64,000 nucleotides of DNA from Eledone cirrhosa (lineage: Eukaryota): contig OZ024740.1 of NCBI GenBank assembly GCA_964016885.1, positions 189,100,001-189,164,000 on the forward strand. The letters are read 5' to 3'. Shown piece by piece: positions 42,049 through 63,689 of this stretch. Each line of letters begins with the position of its first letter. The first letter of the stretch is position 1. Below the pieces are notes generated by a model, which saw only the letters and a list, made by a program, of their open reading frames with translations, made no database searches and had not been told where the DNA came from. The translations under genes were made by a program, and so were the position numbers.

Positions 42049-43520
42049 ATATATATATATATAAGTACACACACATACACGTGTGTGTGTAAGAAGTAAT
42101 AAGACAGTGTTCATCACTTGGGTAAAAAAATATAAAACCTTGTTTATAATTTGAATCTAGAGCTTTCGAATTTTGGAAGATTTATCAATATATAAATGTA
42201 GTTGTTTTTTTTAAAGGATAGTGAAACCGGAAGTTCCCTACATGTGTTTGTGCGGCTGATTGGTGGTGAATTGGTCGTTTTCGTTTGTTTTTGCTTCCCC
42301 TTTTTGTGTATTATATTTGTGAGGTTCCTAGCCAAAATTAATTGTATTTTTTATATGTATTTATATTTTCATTCTGTAAGGATTTTTAATGATATTTATA
42401 CAACTGTGAATTTGATAGAGCTGCTATGGTTTAGTTTCGTAATTTTCAAACTATAAACAACTTTAAAATATATTTTTGACTCAACGGCAGACACACACAC
42501 ACACGTGCGCACGCACGCATTCACGCACACGCACACATTCACGCACACGCACGCACACACACGCACACACACACACACACACACACGCATATATAGACAG
42601 ACAGAAACATATACACTCACACACATATATAAATAATCTGAGTGAACCTGAATGAAAGAAGTTAGACATTTTGACGATTTAGTTATGGAGAGCATATACC
42701 TGTCACAAACACTAATTATTGTCTTCAGAGTTTGAAACTTTGAGGAAATAAGTAAGTAAATAGATATGAATTAAATTACATATTTGTCTCAGACATACTA
42801 CAAAGGAGAAATTACTTGTTAGAGCAAAAGAGAAGACTCCTTGTAAAGATCGTAGGTCATTTCTGTTCCCGAAATAGAACGATAAATGAATAAGAAAATA
42901 TCACCACACTCACACACAAGCATATAAACGAAGACAGAACTTTGAGTAAATATCAAACAAGACGACTTGAAAACGAAGATGAAACAACCACTGCTTTTAC
43001 AGAATGTATTCTGCAGCTGCGCGGTTTTCATTAGTTTCTTTACAGTTCACATAACAATTGGACAAATGTAGCTTCCTGCTTTCATTCAGAAAATTCCGCC
43101 ATCAAATTCAAAGTGCAAATTTCCTTTGAGTCAAACAAATGAAAAGCTGTTCGCACGTAAGTGAATCCTAACATTTGACCAAAGGCAATGACTGGCAGGC
43201 TTGCATGCTATTGGATATAGCAGGAAGTTTTAATCAAGTGTGAAAGATCAGATGATCTTCTTAATCAATTCCCCTTTCATACTAACCGTTTTAATGCAGC
43301 ATTAACGATTCTGCATGTTGTCAAGAGCAAGCCAGACAGCCTCCTTCCCCATTCGACTCCACATTCAATAACCAATCATATCTACTCTCGCATCGAATTC
43401 CTGGAAATAATGTTATGTCTATTTCCACGCGACATAAGAGCGTTTGTTAAAAATCAACCTCTAGCTCCTTTGTCCCTCTTGTTCCTAATCTCGCCCTCTC
43501 ATACACAATCATACATACAA

Positions 43521-43596
<76 letters not shown>

Positions 43597-44181
43597 AAAC
43601 AACCTTTTTCTCTCTCACAATATAGACAAGCTGACGTCGTGCAGACACAGACCGAGCCAAAACAACTATGTAATTAAGCACACCATAATCAATATCTCAA
43701 CTAGTAAGACAATGTATCAAGCTCGCCAGCTATAGAAAGTAGTAGGGCACTTCTAATTCTTCACGTTTCGCTATGAAGCCTAAAACATTTGTCATTTCTC
43801 ACACTATCTTCATAAATTTAGTCACGCAGTTTATTTAAATTATATCTATGACCAACTATTTGAATGGAATTTATGCAATAAATCTATACGTTTAAATATA
43901 ATTCTATAAATATGATTAATCTATATAATATAATATATGTGCGAGTCTATAAATATACGTTAGACACGAATAGCTGTGTAAAATCGACAAAGGTTTCATT
44001 ATCTTACTGCGCTAAGTTCCCCCTGTAAATCCAATGACTCGAACAGTAGCCACTCCAGTATTTAGCTCCTGACTAGAATTTCGTCAATCGTCTGAGCTAT
44101 TATAATCAAATTCTGGTACTGATTATAGAGTTGTATGTGAGGGCTGGTTGTGTAACAATCCATTCCATGTGAAGGAATCAA

Positions 44182-44389
44182 TCTATATGATAAAACAGAA
44201 ACTGTTTCTCCCCCTTCACAACATATATGTAGGAGGGGGAAAGGAGAAGAGTGAAAAGTAGTTAGAGAGAGAGAATGTGTGTGTATGAAAGAGAAGTGGA
44301 TCTTTAATGAGGTCTTTCTCTCCTCCTCTTTTACCGCTCCTACATATATGTGTAAAAAGGTCGTGGTGTCAAGTCAAGAGAGAAATGCA

Positions 44390-44441
<52 letters not shown>

Positions 44442-44738
44442 AAGAAAGAAAGATAGATAGTTTAAAGCGTAATTCAACTACACGGTGACGTCATAATAGG
44501 AAGTTTACCTAGATCGTCATAATAGGAAGTTTACCTTATATCACTTCCAATCTTATCTTCGATCAGCGTTCCTTACGTTTCTTCCTTTCAGTTTGCTTAA
44601 TACTATATTGCTCACCCAGTAGAAACTTATTAATTTTCAGTGAGAAAGTCAATCTAAACATTATTTGAACCATCTATGAAGGTACGTACCTGATTAACAA
44701 ATATTTTTACCAGCAGCGTAGCAGCGGGTTTTTACTAG
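44182..44738 (+). mobile_element. Probable non-autonomous Helitron
   Basis: 3' end CCAGCAGCGTAGCAGCGGGTTTTTACTAG|T (GC hairpin plus CTAG); putative 5' end A|TCTATATGATAAAAC is less certain. Confidence 0.55.
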
Positions 44739-44899
44739 TAATATACAATTTGCCGAGATACACATTTCTAATTTTGTTTTATTTTTAATGGCAAAAATTA
44801 TTTTATTTTACAAAGCTGTTTATACAAAAACAAAACAAAAAACGGGGGAAATGAAAAGAAGAAAAAGAATCAAGCAACGAATGAAAAGAAGGAAAGGGA

Positions 44900-45160
44900 C
44901 ATACATTACATACCAGTCTGAGCGGTGCCTCAGCCATGTCCCGCGAACAAAATGGTAAAGGGCGCAGCTCCCTCCTCAAGCGGGCCGTTGTATTTCCGAT
45001 TTTACGGAGGAAATCAGCAGTGCAGGAAGCCAATACATCAGAGGTGTTGGCGGAGCCTGGTCCAAAGAGGAAGCGAACGGTCACGCTTCGGTATTTAACT
45101 ATCTTCCTCTCATCTGCATTGCAGGCAGCAGAGCCCGGGTTTGAGGCCAAGGTGTCCATG
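44900..45160 (-). mobile_element. CRE-clade non-LTR retrotransposon RLE remnant
   Basis: DTLAS..GSAACNADERKIVKY..FLFGP...T.DVL....DFLRKIG resembles the CRE-type RLE C-terminus. Confidence 0.6.
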
Positions 45161-45407
45161 CTTTATACATGTTCGTATTTTGTTTAAAATTTGGAGTATG
45201 TTATAATTTGGTTCAAAGGTTAAGAGTAACATCCGAACAAACGTAGTAACACGTAGAAAAATATAGATAGTGATTTTTTAAACATAGATACACAACCTAT
45301 TTTCAACTCTGTTGCCCATCGATCTCTACATTAAATACTTCTATTAGTCCTATCAGGATCTTGTTGCTACTCTGCACAACTGTCAATGTCCAATAATAAT
45401 AATAATA

Positions 45408-45770
45408 ATGGTTTCTGATTTTGGCACAAGGCCAGCAATTTTAGGGGAGGGAAAAATCGATTAAATCGATCCCAGTGCGTTTATCGACCCGTAAGGATGA
45501 AAGGCAAAGCTAACCTTAGCGGGATTTGAACTCAGAATGTAAAGGGTCGTAACTCTATGCTGAAAAGCATGGTGTCCAACCCTCTATCGATACTGCCTGT
45601 CCACCGCCCTCAATGTCCAATAATAATAATGGTTTCTGATTTTGGAACAAGGCCAGCAATTTTAGGGGAAGGAAAATTGATTAAATCGACCCAGTGTATT
45701 ACTTGGACTTTATTTTACCGACCCCGTAAGGATGAAAGACAAAGCTAACTTCTGCAGGATTTGAACTCAA
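45408..45770 (-). mobile_element. Two tandem SINE family 1 copies (long form)
   Basis: Extra TTTTAGGGGAGGGAAAAATCGATTAAATCGA segment; CAATGTCCAATAATAATAAT duplicated at ~45384 and 45611. Confidence 0.88.
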
Positions 45771-45957
45771 TGTAACGAGCAACAGTATCTGTTAGACACG
45801 CAGTGACTAACAACAGAATGTTTTAAGTCTGCGTGTCTGATCTGATCTGATCTTGTGATGATGACATGACTGTGACATACATGCGTAGCTTGTGAATAAA
45901 AAAATCAAGTGGTATCGCTGACCGTGGTGATGCCTCCCAAACATCTTTTGTAATGTC

Positions 45958-46143
45958 TCGTCTTATTGGCTAATTTCATCGTCTTATTGGTGCATCGTCT
46001 TATTGGCTAATCAACCAACGAGAGTAATTGTTGCTCAAAAGCATACCCCACTTTGTTTCCACGTTTATTTATCGTTTCGCCTCCGAATCTTCCTCCAGTA
46101 TTTCGTCGTTTATCATCAAAATATTTTTCTCGTTTTGGTAAGT
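45958..46143 (+). promoter_or_regulatory. Candidate promoter (three reverse CCAAT boxes) and short 5' exon ending at G|GTAAGT
   Basis: TCGTCTTATTGG at 45958, 45979 and 45995; CpG-rich; consensus donor at 46138. Confidence 0.35.
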
Positions 46144-46355
46144 TATATTGTTAATTTATATATGATTTTTTAAATTTATATTAACTATTAAAAGTCTGAA
46201 AATATTTTTAAACATCTTACAATAATATTTACAAGATCATTTATAAAATAACAATTATATAATCTAATTACATTACAATGATAATTTATTATTAATATAT
46301 ATCATGTTTAACTAGAGTTATTACAAGCGTTCCCTTAAAAAAATATTAAACTAGA

Positions 46356-46793
46356 CCTGAAAAATGCGCAAGCTCAAAAGAGCCACATAATGTTATAATA
46401 AACCTTTAAAAGTGTGGGACTAGAGTTGATGCTCAAAAATATTGTAATCATTATCTATCGTACACTCTGTGACATCCTTTTATAAAAAAAAAGAGACTCA
46501 TAACGAACTCAAGACGACACGATAATTATTTAAGTGAATTTATAATATAGAATTCGGTTTAAGTGCATTTCGTATTAATCATTACTAAACATCTAATATG
46601 AGATATTGAACATTAGCTTAAATAATTATAGTGTCGTCTTGAGTTCGTTATGAGTCTCTTTTTTTTATAAAAGGATGCCACAGAGTGTACGATAGTTAAT
46701 GATCACAATATTTTTGAGCAACAAATCTAGTCCCACACATTTGAGGTTTATTATAACATTCTGCGGTTCTTTTGAGCTTGCGCATTTTTCAGG
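46356..46793. repeat. Long inverted repeat (~179-bp arms, 82-bp spacer) abutting the giant (TA)n tract
   Basis: 46356-46534 versus 46617-46793, about 90% identical. Confidence 0.85.
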
Positions 46794-46798
46794 ACTTG

Positions 46799-50368
<3,570 letters not shown>

Positions 50369-50374
<6 letters not shown>

Positions 50375-52049
50375 GATAGGTTTCGGCCAGTATTGGCCCA
50401 GACCATGTCTAACTTATTAACCCCACCTGGCTAAGTCATACTAATCAGTTTTTGGGCACCATGGCTCACTTGATCAGAGAGTTATTGTTTACGGAGGCAT
50501 ATCCGGGTGTAGGAGGCTTATCCGGGATTTCTGAAGGAATTTATCCAAAGACTTCTTGAACTTAATGGTGTCTGTTTCTGCTTTGATGTGTTTTGGTGTA
50601 ATGTTAAAGAGTGCAGGGCCAATTGAGGTGAAATAATTGTGCAGTATTGTTGTTATGTTATGCGAGTGGGATTTTTATCGTGGGCGGATAGCACGGGGCC
50701 CAAGCCTTGGGTGTACACTAAAGGTGATGCCAACATCATTGGGCTAAGCTGATGGAATATTTTCCACATCATACAGATAATGTAGCGCTTACGGCAACGT
50801 TGAAGAGAATAAAGTTTGAGCTTTTCTAATCGACCCCAATAGTCAAGGCCTGTCATGCCATCTATCTTTTTTGTAATTGACCTTTGGGGTGCTTCAACTT
50901 TCATGATACTTTGTTTCGTGTGGGGTGACCACATTGGACAACAGTATTCAAGGTGAGGTCGGGCAAAAGTGGAGAAGAGAAGGACAACATTGTGGAAATC
51001 TCTCGACTGGAAAGTTCTGAGAATCCAGGATCACATTCTGCGGGCCATATCAACTTTTCTGTTTATATGAGTGGCCTAGCTTATGTTGTTGTCCACAATT
51101 ACTCCCAGGTCTCTGATGTTATTGGAAGCCACTAGAGTTTCACACGAAGGAAGAGAGTATGGTAGTTTCAGAGCATCCTTTTTTCCAAAGTGGATTATTT
51201 CAAATTTATCCTCATTCAACAGCATATTATGCATCTCTGCCCATTGGATAACAGCCAGTAGGTCTGGCTAAAGGCAAGTCCGGTCACCCATCTCATTGAT
51301 GACCCTTTGGAGCTTGGAATCATCTGCGAAGATTCTGATGTTACTGTGTTTGATGATGCCAGTAATGTCATTAATGTAGATGATGAAAAGAAGTGGGCCC
51401 AACACAGTGCCTTGTGGGACGCCACTGCTGACTTTGGCAGGGCTTGATTTTACTCCTTCGACGACAACATGCTGGGTTCTGCCTGTCAGGAAACACTTGA
51501 TCCACTGTACTAACTTTCCAGAGACACCAACATTGGATAGTTTTTTCAGTAGAATCTTATTATCAATCCTGTCGAAGGCCTTGCTGAAGTCAAGGTAAAT
51601 GACATCAGTGTTGGAGCCCTCTCCCAAGGGTCTCAAAACATCGTCAAAGTGATGCAGGAGCTGCGTTAGGGAGTCCCTTCCATTACGGAACCCATGTTGG
51701 TTGGAGTTCAGCAGGCCGTTGCTTTCAAGAAAGTGGGTTATTCGTGATCTCACCACCCTCTCAAATACCTTGATAATATGAGAGGTGAGTGAGATCAGAC
51801 GGTAGTTCACTGCAAGGGACTTATTTCCCTTTTTGAAGACTGGAACAACGGACTGGGACAGAAAGTTTTCAGGAATATAGCCAGTATTTAGTGAGTTCCT
51901 CCACAAATTAGCAAGAGGAGTTGCAAATTGGTGTCGACACACCTTCAGGACACAAGCAGGGAACCTGTTGGAGTCTACTGCTGAATTGTGTTTAATTTCT
52001 TTTATTGCCGCTAAGACATCAATGGCGCCAAACCTTATGTCTAATATAG
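50369..52049 (-). mobile_element. 5'-truncated CR1-like LINE (RT domain plus 3' UTR), decayed
   Basis: [58 protein letters not shown]. Confidence 0.93.
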
Positions 52050-53870
<1,821 letters not shown>

Positions 53871-53874
53871 GTGT

Positions 53875-54398
53875 ATGACAAATCTCAACATTTATATGCC
53901 TTAAGATTGAGACATGAGATATTTCTATACATCTAGTAACTATCTTTTTCCTCATCTGTTTCTCTGTCTTTCTTCTTTCTTCAATAATTTAAATTATTTG
54001 AATCTCTAACAGTTATGTAAATTGCTATTATGTATCTTTATAAGCTTTCTCACATGCACCCTCTGTATTATATGTAATTTTTTCATGTTTCAATCTTAAG
54101 GTATATAAATATTGAGTTTTGTCATATCTTATTCACTGCAATGACTGAATCTTAACCATCTACTAAGTCAGGGTATGTCATGCATCATCTTATTTTATCT
54201 GATGAGGACGTACTGTTGAATATAGCTCAGTACCTCTGAAATCTGTATACTAAAATATACTTGATCACACGAATGTCTATTTTTGTTAATATTTTGCATT
54301 AATATTAATAACTCCAGAAAACCATAGCTGTGGAGTGCTTCCAATCTATTGTAACACTTATTCCTTGATTTATTCATTGAACCTTGTTTAACCTTTAG
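53875..54398 (+). mobile_element. Non-palindromic member of the 41.6-kb hammerhead family, in (TA)n
   Basis: 54150-54398 aligns with 41800-42048 and has the same 3' end before (TA)n. Confidence 0.75.
54191..54257 (+). ncRNA. Type-I hammerhead motif
   Basis: TATTTTAT-CTGATGA-GGAcGTACTG..CAGTACcTCT-GAAA-TCTGTA-TA/cTAAAATA. Confidence 0.7.
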
Positions 54399-54415
54399 AT
54401 ATATATATATATATG

Positions 54416-54482
<67 letters not shown>

Positions 54483-54515
54483 ATATATATATATATATGT
54501 ATATATATATGTATA

Positions 54516-54632
<117 letters not shown>

Positions 54633-55152
54633 GTATATGTATGTAAGTGCAATACGAATACAAAACATTAAAATAGATTATTAAAAGCAAAACTATTTAA
54701 GAGTACATTTCATTATTAGAAATGACCTTTGTTTACTAGAGTCCCAACGCTAGCAGTGCAATGATAGAACACTCCCAAAACATTGACTACAAACTTTGAT
54801 ACTTTAACAATACTTCGTGTAGCCACCCTACTCTATTATCTAAACACAAAACGTTTTTAGAGAAAATAACAAGAGAACAATATATAATATTAAGAATTGA
54901 TATGTTTTCTGACCAGCTTATGCAACTCCCAAACATGCTTAGACTAATCTTAATACATTGGATATTTACATTCATATAAAATCCATGTTAGTTCTTTTTA
55001 TCTTTTTTAAAATTACAATGAGGACCTCTTGGGACAACAGCAGCATGTGATGAACGAGTTAAATCGTATTATCTAAAGTAATTTTTAATATATGAAGTAG
55101 AGCTAGACAAACTAGTTTAAGACACACACACTCTATATTTGTATGTATGTAA

Positions 55153-55203
<51 letters not shown>

Positions 55204-55205
<2 letters not shown>

Positions 55206-57657
55206 TTCTTTCTCGTAATTTCGAGTACATTTTTGACCAGCCACCTTCCTGGTGGCAAGTTTGTAAAAGAAAGGAAACAAACTGTCATCCCTTGAATCGC
55301 AACAATGTTTTGCAAATTTTAAAGGTGCCAGCTATCGCAGCCATTTGTAGTCTATGAACTAAGGAGCTGCGCTCTTTGTCCACAAATCCAAGTTCAGTTA
55401 TACTTTGATTCAAGCAGGCTGGTATATAACCTGTCACTTCAATAATGATGGGTATGAAGCTGAAGGTGTATCTTGGATACTGGATCTGTAAACTCCTCAT
55501 CAACGGTCCGTAGATGTCCTCCTTCTCTTGTATTTTTCTTAAAATGTTGACATCAAGTGGGCTACTGATCTCCACAACAGAGCACGTTTTCAATGTGTGG
55601 TCCCAAACAACAACATCAGGCCGGTTGTGCTTTAATTTAGTGGCAGTTTTTATTTTCAGGTTCCACCAGTATTCTTAAGTGCCATCTGTCTCAACATATT
55701 CCTCGTCATTTGTTTTTTATTTTATTTTCCTAAGTGCATTCCAGATGGTTCTAGCTATCACATCTTATCTCATAGGGAGGTAGTAGCGAGACGACATTCT
55801 TTCGCAGTTGGCAACAATCTGGCTAACATCTTTGATCTTTGTTTTACATTTATTGTCGACTGATGGCCATCCGCTTTTGTGTAGCAGATATTTGGTAGGG
55901 ATCTCTTATTCCTGTATTGCATAGAGATATCCTTCAAGGTGGGCTGTCATAAACTGGTCAGAACTCCATGTCAGGCTTTTTTAATGATTTATCCCCTCTA
56001 TGGTCTATGCTTTTCGTCTCAGGTACCCATGCACAACTTTCTCTGTAAATTGGTCCATTTTATTTATCTTGTCCGAACATTGAATAGGATTTTCCAATTT
56101 CCCTGGGAGAGAGATTTATATCAGGCCGTATTCCATATCTCTCCTCCAGATCAATGGTTATCCTAATGGTATTATTTCTTTCATGCTCATAGACCTGGGC
56201 AAGATGGTTGCTGACCTTTTTCCTTTGCTGAAGATGTTGCTTCAGTGTTACTATCCAGGTCTCGTATGATGTTAATATGGATTTTAGACCCCGGCCACCT
56301 TCCTTGCCTGAGAAGTATAGCCTATCCACCCCACCATTGATGTTAAAGTTTCCAGTAATACTGAGAAGCTTGCGAGTTCTTACATCCATCTCACTTAGTT
56401 CTTGCAATGACCGGATTAAGCAGACCAAATGTGGCGTTAGGATTGACACACATAAGAATTGTGGGCTATGTATTTGTTGTACGCTGATAGTTATGATGAC
56501 CATATATTCTTTACTCTCCTGGGATATTCAGTTCTGGTTCTCTCCTTATTTATGGGTCCATATCTGACATTCTCATCCTGTCCAAGATATCTGTAATTGT
56601 CCCCTGACTGTAGAGGTTGTATTGTCAAGCCGTTCATCTCTAGACTTCCAGAGGAGGGTACAACTCTTCCACGTTTTACTGTCAAATATGAACATTTGGA
56701 CTCACCAAATTTTATTCTGATGTCTGCAGAAAATTGTGTAATGAGGTCTAATTTTCTTTATGTAGTTGATATTTAGCCCATAGAACTTCAGGTCATCAAC
56801 AAAGAAAAGATGGGAGATACTTTTCGACTCACTTCCATGGCCACTTTGTTTTGTGAGGAGGTATGATAGTGGGTTTAGTGAGAGGACGAAGAACAGCACT
56901 GATAAGCTATCAGCCTGAATGATGCCTTTCTGGTAGTGTATTGTCTCAGTCTTAATTTTCTCTTTCTCACTCCTAAGGATCAAATTGGTGTACCAGTTCT
57001 TAGTCAGGCGTTCAACAGCATCTACTAGTGGTTGTGGGACTCTGGCTAACTGTAAAGCCTTAATAATCCACCCAAGAGGTACACTATCAAAAGCCTTCTG
57101 ATAGTCCAGCCACACCACATCCCGTTCCTGCGATTCTTTGCAGTTTTTTCCTGTATCATTTTATTTGTTAGTAGGTGACATATGCAGCCCACGCCTCTTT
57201 CTTTCCACCAGCTCGCTCAGGTGTTATAATTTTGTTGGTGGCACAATCATTCTGTAAGACCAGATTAAGGCACCCACTGTATAATTCATACATGATGTTC
57301 TGATAGGCTATTGGGCGGTAATTTTTAGCAAGGGTAATCTGGCTATTTTCGGGGATGAGGAGAGTAGTAGCAGTTGATCATTGGGGCAGATCTTGTGTGC
57401 CTTTGATGGTTTCTCTAAATAGCCGATAGAATGTGAAATTCTTCAGCCAGTAACCTCTTATGAGGCCTTGGTCTGGGGATTTCCTATTCAACATTTTCTG
57501 CAGAGTTGTTTCCAGTATTGACTAATCTATATCATATTGTTTTGTCTGGACATGCTGGCAGTATTCCTTTTCCAGTTCTTTTAGCCATTTAGTTCGTTTC
57601 CCATACAGATTTCCAGTAGCTGTCATTTACAGAGATTGAGCTTTTCCCATTGAAGCT
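55204..57657 (-). mobile_element. R4/Dong-like non-LTR retrotransposon C (RT plus RLE, many frameshifts)
   Basis: WLDYQKAFDSVP, KGIIQADSLS, SHLFFVDDLK, YRYLG, GGRGL, PDVVVWD..VVEISSP. Confidence 0.9.
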
Positions 57658-57658
57658 A

Positions 57659-57754
57659 CTATGTATGTATGTATGTATGTATGTATGTATGTATGTATGT
57701 ATGTATGTATGTATGTATGTATGTATGTATGTATGTATGTATGTATGTATGTAT
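57659..57754. repeat. (TATG)n microsatellite
   Basis: Direct reading. Confidence 0.97.
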
Positions 57755-58307
57755 GGTCGGGTCGTTGGCGACTAAACTGGCAACCCCACTAAGGTTTCTT
57801 GGTGAGGAGGGTGACTTTGGACATCCTGCAGGACTAAAAACAAAACCTGTCAAAGGGCAAAGGAGCTCTTAAGAGTCAATGGCCATCCAAAATCACTGGG
57901 AGAGATGACCCCTTAGCCTTTGTCAAGGCAGAATTCTAGGAGAAGGAAAACTCTGATATAACACCTGCAACCCTGATGGTATCCAATGATGTTGACTTGT
58001 TCTTCTTTTTGGTAAATATCATCTTGGTTAAGAGAGTGGGACTGGCTTTGTGCAGTGCCTTTGCTCACTATAAAAGCTTCACGGCACAGGCATTGCTTTA
58101 TATCTGGAGATCTCTCTGCACTTGCCGTCACATGGTACCATGGGCCCAGCACTATGTGTCAATAATTGTCACAAGTGTAGTGTTTGTACCAGAGTTTTCA
58201 AGTCGCTGACTGGACTAAAAAGTCACACTCGTTCAGCGCATCGGTAGGGGTTCTCCTACATGGATATAAAGTAGTGGCCGTACTCGAAAACGAGTTGGCA
58301 GCCACCA
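57755..58307 (+). mobile_element. Bipartite non-autonomous RTE-derived retroposon, copy 1
   Basis: RTE-5'UTR-like CTAGGAGAAGGAAAACTCTGA; C2H2 remnant [25 protein letters not shown]; 3' hairpin CTCGAAAACGAG and (TGTA)n tail. Confidence 0.7.
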
Positions 58308-58329
58308 TGTATGTATGTATGTATGTATG

Positions 58330-60593
<2,264 letters not shown>

Positions 60594-60827
60594 ATGTATG
60601 TATGTATGTATGTATGTATGTATGTATGTATGTATGTATGTATGTATGTATGTATGTATGTATGTATGTATGTATGTATGTATGTAGGTATGTGTGTGTG
60701 TTATGTATGTATGTATATATGTATGTGTGTGAGTGCATGTATATATGTTTATGTATATATATATATGTATGTGTGTATATATATATGTGTGTATGTGTGT
60801 ATGTGTATATATATATATGTGTATGTG

Positions 60828-60878
<51 letters not shown>

Positions 60879-60883
60879 GTGTG

Positions 60884-60919
<36 letters not shown>

Positions 60920-60953
60920 TATAGATATACACACACAAACATATATATACACA

Positions 60954-60996
<43 letters not shown>

Positions 60997-61091
60997 ACAT
61001 ATATATATATGTGTATATATATATGTGCATATATATGTGTGAGTGTGCATAAATATGTGTGTGTGTATATGTATGTGCATATATATGTGTG

Positions 61092-61169
<78 letters not shown>

Positions 61170-61461
61170 TATGAGAACATACTCAATCGAACTCGAACGT
61201 GTGCCACACCGGTACACATGCATTCATGTATGTGTCTGTGTTGAATTTTCAATATACATGTAAGTATAGGTCATGTGACAACATGCATATACTTACATAA
61301 ATACATATATAGATATTGATATATTCATCTATTTCCAAAGACAAGGTGCATGCGCAAGTAACCATTTTCACGTAGTAACTTATTTTCACATATAAAGTAT
61401 ATACATAATGCATGCCCCCACGTATGCATTATGTATATACTTAAGTATATGTAGATGTGAA

Positions 61462-61680
61462 GGCGCGTGGCCGACTGGTTAGAAAATTGGATTCGCAATC
61501 GTGAGGTTGTGAGATCGATTCCTGGACCGGGCGATGTGTTATGTCCTTGGGCAAGCGACTTTATTTTCACGTTGCTCCTTCTACCTACCTGGAGTTGCGA
61601 CCGACAGATAATATTAGCAATTGGAAAGACCAACGGAAACATTGTTTCCTCGGTCCGATTTGATGAAAGTCGATCGACTG

Positions 61681-61682
<2 letters not shown>
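61462..61682 (+). mobile_element. tRNA-derived SINE family 2 (CORE-like)
   Basis: GGCGCGTGGCCGACTGGTTAG..GATCGATTCC..TGTCCTTGGGCAAG. Confidence 0.8.
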
Positions 61683-61715
<33 letters not shown>

Positions 61716-63614
61716 GTATATATACATATATCATATATATATGTAATGTATATATATATATAAACATATATATACATATATCATATATAAATGTAATAGA
61801 GAGAGAGAGAGAGAGAAAGAGAGAGAGCGAGTTGATAATCGAAACAAAACAAGCATAGGGATGCAAAATTACAAAGTCATATGAAGTTCTCTCTTGGAGG
61901 AAGTGGAGGAGGGTTGTACGTTTCGGGCGGAATTTCTTCATGAGGAATGTTCGGATAAGGAGAGAATAGGTATGTAGATGAAAGTAGTGTGTGAAAGTGA
62001 GGAAAGGAAGTCAGCAAAAGGGTGTTAGGAGGAGATTGATAGGTTAGGGTTGGGGGTCAGGGGTATCATGGGTGTGGTTGTGTGTGTCAGCATGTGGGCA
62101 TCTCAGTCTTATATTGTTAGTATGTGCTCACTGATGTGTTCGTGTGTGTGTGAGAGTTATTTGTTTTTTTGGTGCCTGTGTGTGCGTTTGAGTTAGTGTG
62201 TCGTTTTTTTATACTTCTATGTATGTGAGTGTGTATGTGTGTCTGCACAATTTCACGTGTGTGTTGGATAAGTGTGTATATGTGTGTCTCTGCGTGTGTT
62301 GGTGACGTATTATCTGTATTATCTGAAGATTTTGTGTGCATGTATTTACATTTCGGTATGTCTGTGTGTGTGTCTGTATGTATGGGACATTTTTCTATTT
62401 ATATGTATGTGAGTGTCTACGTTTGTGTGTGTGTGTGTATAGATCTGTATCAGTCTCTCTTCTTCTCTCATGTATATGTATATATCATGCATAATGTATG
62501 TGAGGAGACGTGTAGACAGATGGATCTATACTGGAACAGAAACATAGTTGATGAAGATGATGTTAAGGATTAGATTCTATCGCATCTTTTTGACGGCAAT
62601 CAGAACAGGCTTCAAAATATAATCATATTCAAATTTATTCAAGTGTATACGATTTTCTTTTCTTCATACGAAAGCCTATTGGATAGTATATATATGTTTG
62701 GTTGCGCATTACACATGCTGATTGCAATTCTCTACTGCAACATAATACTGGTAAATAAATGCAGTACGTGTCGCCATCTAAGTCGACAACTTTAAGCCTT
62801 CTAGTCATATTTCAAGTCATTTCTAAGTTATTACTACTATTTAATCGGCTGTTAAATTGATTTCTAAACATTTGAAGGAGTGTAATAATCAGTTAGATGA
62901 ATCTCAGTACTTGATTGGTGCTTATTCTATTGAATGAGAAAAAAAAGTCAACATATCTAATAAATTTGAGCATAAAGTTATGCGAAGAGACGCAACTGAT
63001 TTTTTTTGTATTAAGTTGATTTTTAATTCTAGCTTAAGATCACATATAATTGTGGTATTGACATCAGCGTTTCTTGACCATTTTAAAAACCTGACGGCGC
63101 CCATCTCATTCCAGATCTGAATACAGCAGATTTCTTCCATAGAAGGATAGGGACTGAGAGAGTGGAAGTGTGAAAGATATATAGAGGAACCATCGACTCC
63201 AGTACTATTTTATCAGCCTTGAATGGATGAAAGTCAATGTTGACCTCCATATATAATATTATCAGCCGTACTGATACTTACTTTTTTTTATAAAAAGCTT
63301 CACGTATTCATACCTCTTTATTTTTTCATGCATAGTATAACTAGAACTATATTATCCATTGAGTCACTCGTTTAGTTTTAAAAATAATGCTGCTTGATAT
63401 GAGCGATATTTGATTGCTATTTCTTAGGTTGATTCATTAACTATGTCTTTACATTTTGATATCAGTTCCAATAAAACAATGGCAGTAATACAATAATAGA
63501 AATGTTTCTAGTGGCTTAGTTCGGTCAATGTCATTAATTCATAGGATCTGAACTCGACTATAAAAATGTTTTTGCCGGAGTAAGGGCAGCCCCTAATACA
63601 TTTTACTTTTTCAG

Positions 63615-63689
63615 CGACTCCGAGACTCGAAGTGAGAATTGAGGAAGTTACTATTAAACTAAAGAGCTTGCTTGAATGCTTACACCCGA
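63615..63689 (+). other. Candidate 75-bp internal exon
   Basis: CTAAT branch, TTTTACTTTTTCAG acceptor, GTAAGC donor, one open frame TPRLEVRIEEVTIKLKSLLECLHP; no recognised homology. Confidence 0.2.

Noticed and set aside
61913-61946. Minus-strand hammerhead CTCATGA..CCCGAAACGT
   Set aside because: Core mutated and stems broken; at most a dead relative of the 31290 motif
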